A stretch of 64,000 bases of DNA from the human T2T-CHM13v2.0 reference genome, Homo sapiens, in NCBI RefSeq assembly GCF_009914755.1, contig NC_060929.1, one strand, 5' to 3'. Below, in pieces: positions 63,890-64,000 of the stretch. How positions within the stretch are numbered: position 1 is the stretch's first letter; every line of letters begins with the position of its first letter. A program made the translations under genes and the position numbers. The notes beneath the pieces were generated by a model that ran no database searches, was not told the origin of the DNA, and saw nothing but the letters and a program-made list of their open reading frames with translations.

Positions 63890-64000
63890 GGCTGTGCTGT
63901 CTAACATGGCAGCCACTAGCTACACATGGTGGTTGAGCCCTTGAAATGTGGCTAGTCCAAATGGAAGTGTGCTATAAGTGGAAATATATAAGGGACCAGC
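63890..64000. mobile_element. MER3-like (hAT-Charlie) DNA transposon fragment
   Basis: CTGTGCTGTCTAACATGGCAGCCACTAGCTACACATG...TTGAAATGTGGCTAGT. Confidence 0.55.

Overview
Human (primate) genomic DNA from the TCOF1-CD74 locus. The + strand, 547-~28835, carries the 3' part of TCOF1 (treacle), from the 231-nt alternative exon 6A to the poly(A) site. The exons I traced by splice sites give 3828 coding nt, which closes the frame and fits the recalled 1488-aa protein. The - strand, ~41300-~30180, carries the complete CD74 gene (MHC class II invariant chain: 9 exons, 891 coding nt = 296 aa with exon 6b), convergent with TCOF1. The rest (42-64 kb) is Alu/L1/LTR-rich DNA upstream of CD74 with a G-rich VNTR. 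No prokaryotic systems, CRISPR arrays or RNA genes are evident. The best candidates for undescribed biology are a hidden exon layer in TCOF1: an 18-nt in-frame microexon, two decayed treacle-repeat pseudoexons, a duplicated terminal acceptor in the 3'UTR giving an alternative C-terminus, and exon junctions that regenerate 5' splice sites. CD74 intron 1 also holds three X-box modules. Exon numbers follow the historical numbering from memory; repeat subfamilies and repeat boundaries were judged by eye and are approximate.
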